This document shows, in pieces, positions 55,750-55,998 of a stretch of DNA of 55,998 nucleotides (positions are counted from its first letter, which is position 1; each line of letters starts with the position of its first letter). The notes under the pieces are model-generated. The model was given only the letters and a program-made list of their open reading frames with translations, made no database searches and was not told where the DNA came from. This DNA is from a bacterium (GTDB lineage: Bacteria > Vulcanimicrobiota > Vulcanimicrobiia > Vulcanimicrobiales > SCRA01): NCBI GenBank assembly GCA_004298665.1, contig SCQY01000092.1, positions 1 to 55,998 on the forward strand, in the 5' to 3' direction. The position numbers and the translations under genes are program-made.

Positions 55750-55998
55750 GTGCCCGAGCTCGATCCACTGACCACCCTGGCGTCGACCCTCCATGCCGCC
55801 CCCGGCGCCTACGCCCTGCTGCTGGGCTCCGGGCTCTCGCGCGGCGCCCAGATCCCCACCGGCTACGAGGTAACCCAAGAGCTGATCGGCCGCATCGCTG
55901 CCGGCGAGGGCGCGACCATCGCAGGCGACCCCGAGGCGTGGTACCGCGATCGCTATGGGGAGCCCAGCTACGACGGCCTCGTCGCTCGCCTGGCGCCA
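55750..55998 (+). CDS. SIR2-family protein, 5' part (runs off the window; not in ORF track)
   Basis: GGAGGAGG RBS + GTG; MPELDPLTTLASTLHAAPGAYALLLGSGLSRGAQIPTGYEV (sirtuin GxGxS..IPT motif). Confidence 0.85.
   Translation, partial: MPELDPLTTLASTLHAAPGAYALLLGSGLSRGAQIPTGYEVTQELIGRIAAGEGATIAGDPEAWYRDRYGEPSYDGLVARLAP

Noticed and set aside
1-55998. Many overlapping antisense or alternative-frame ORFs in the track (e.g. 87-806+, 12764-13720+, 49743-50717-)
   Set aside because: Arg/Ala/Pro-rich shadows of motif-bearing genes in GC-rich DNA, with no RBS or motifs

Overview
GC-rich bacterial DNA that reads as a large part of a conjugative/integrative mobile element (plasmid or ICE). No rRNA, tRNA, CRISPR or IS is evident. 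It has two divergent arms. The left arm (1-27318, all minus strand) resembles a 'leading region'. It carries SSB, two HExxH zincin peptidases, a CX5R phosphatase, two RES-Xre/MbcA toxin-antitoxin pairs, a RusA-like resolvase and a PRTRC ubiquitin-like cassette (E-C-F-B-ThiF, no JAB). It also carries a clear homologue of the Deinococcus ssDNA-annealing protein DdrB, a MoxR-VWA pair, a strawberry-notch helicase with an adenine MTase, an HD hydrolase, an ERF annealase and a CHC2 Zn-finger protein. The right arm (27427-52010, all plus strand) is a tightly coupled gene run in which T4SS core genes (VirB8-9-10-1) lead directly into a type IV pilus set (PilB, PilT, PilC, pilin, prepilin peptidase, PilMNOP-like, secretin). 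That set is followed by a large Ig-like protein and a c-di-GMP module (HD-GYP, two DUF4265-like proteins, a degenerate PilT, GGDEF). A perfect 13-8-13 loxP-like palindrome precedes the VirB/pilus run. The element also encodes a Cre-like tyrosine recombinase that appears to have lost its catalytic Arg, Lys and Tyr. The window ends with SRAP, a PD-(D/E)XK-like protein and the start of a SIR2-family gene. All family calls come from motif recognition by eye; no database search was run.
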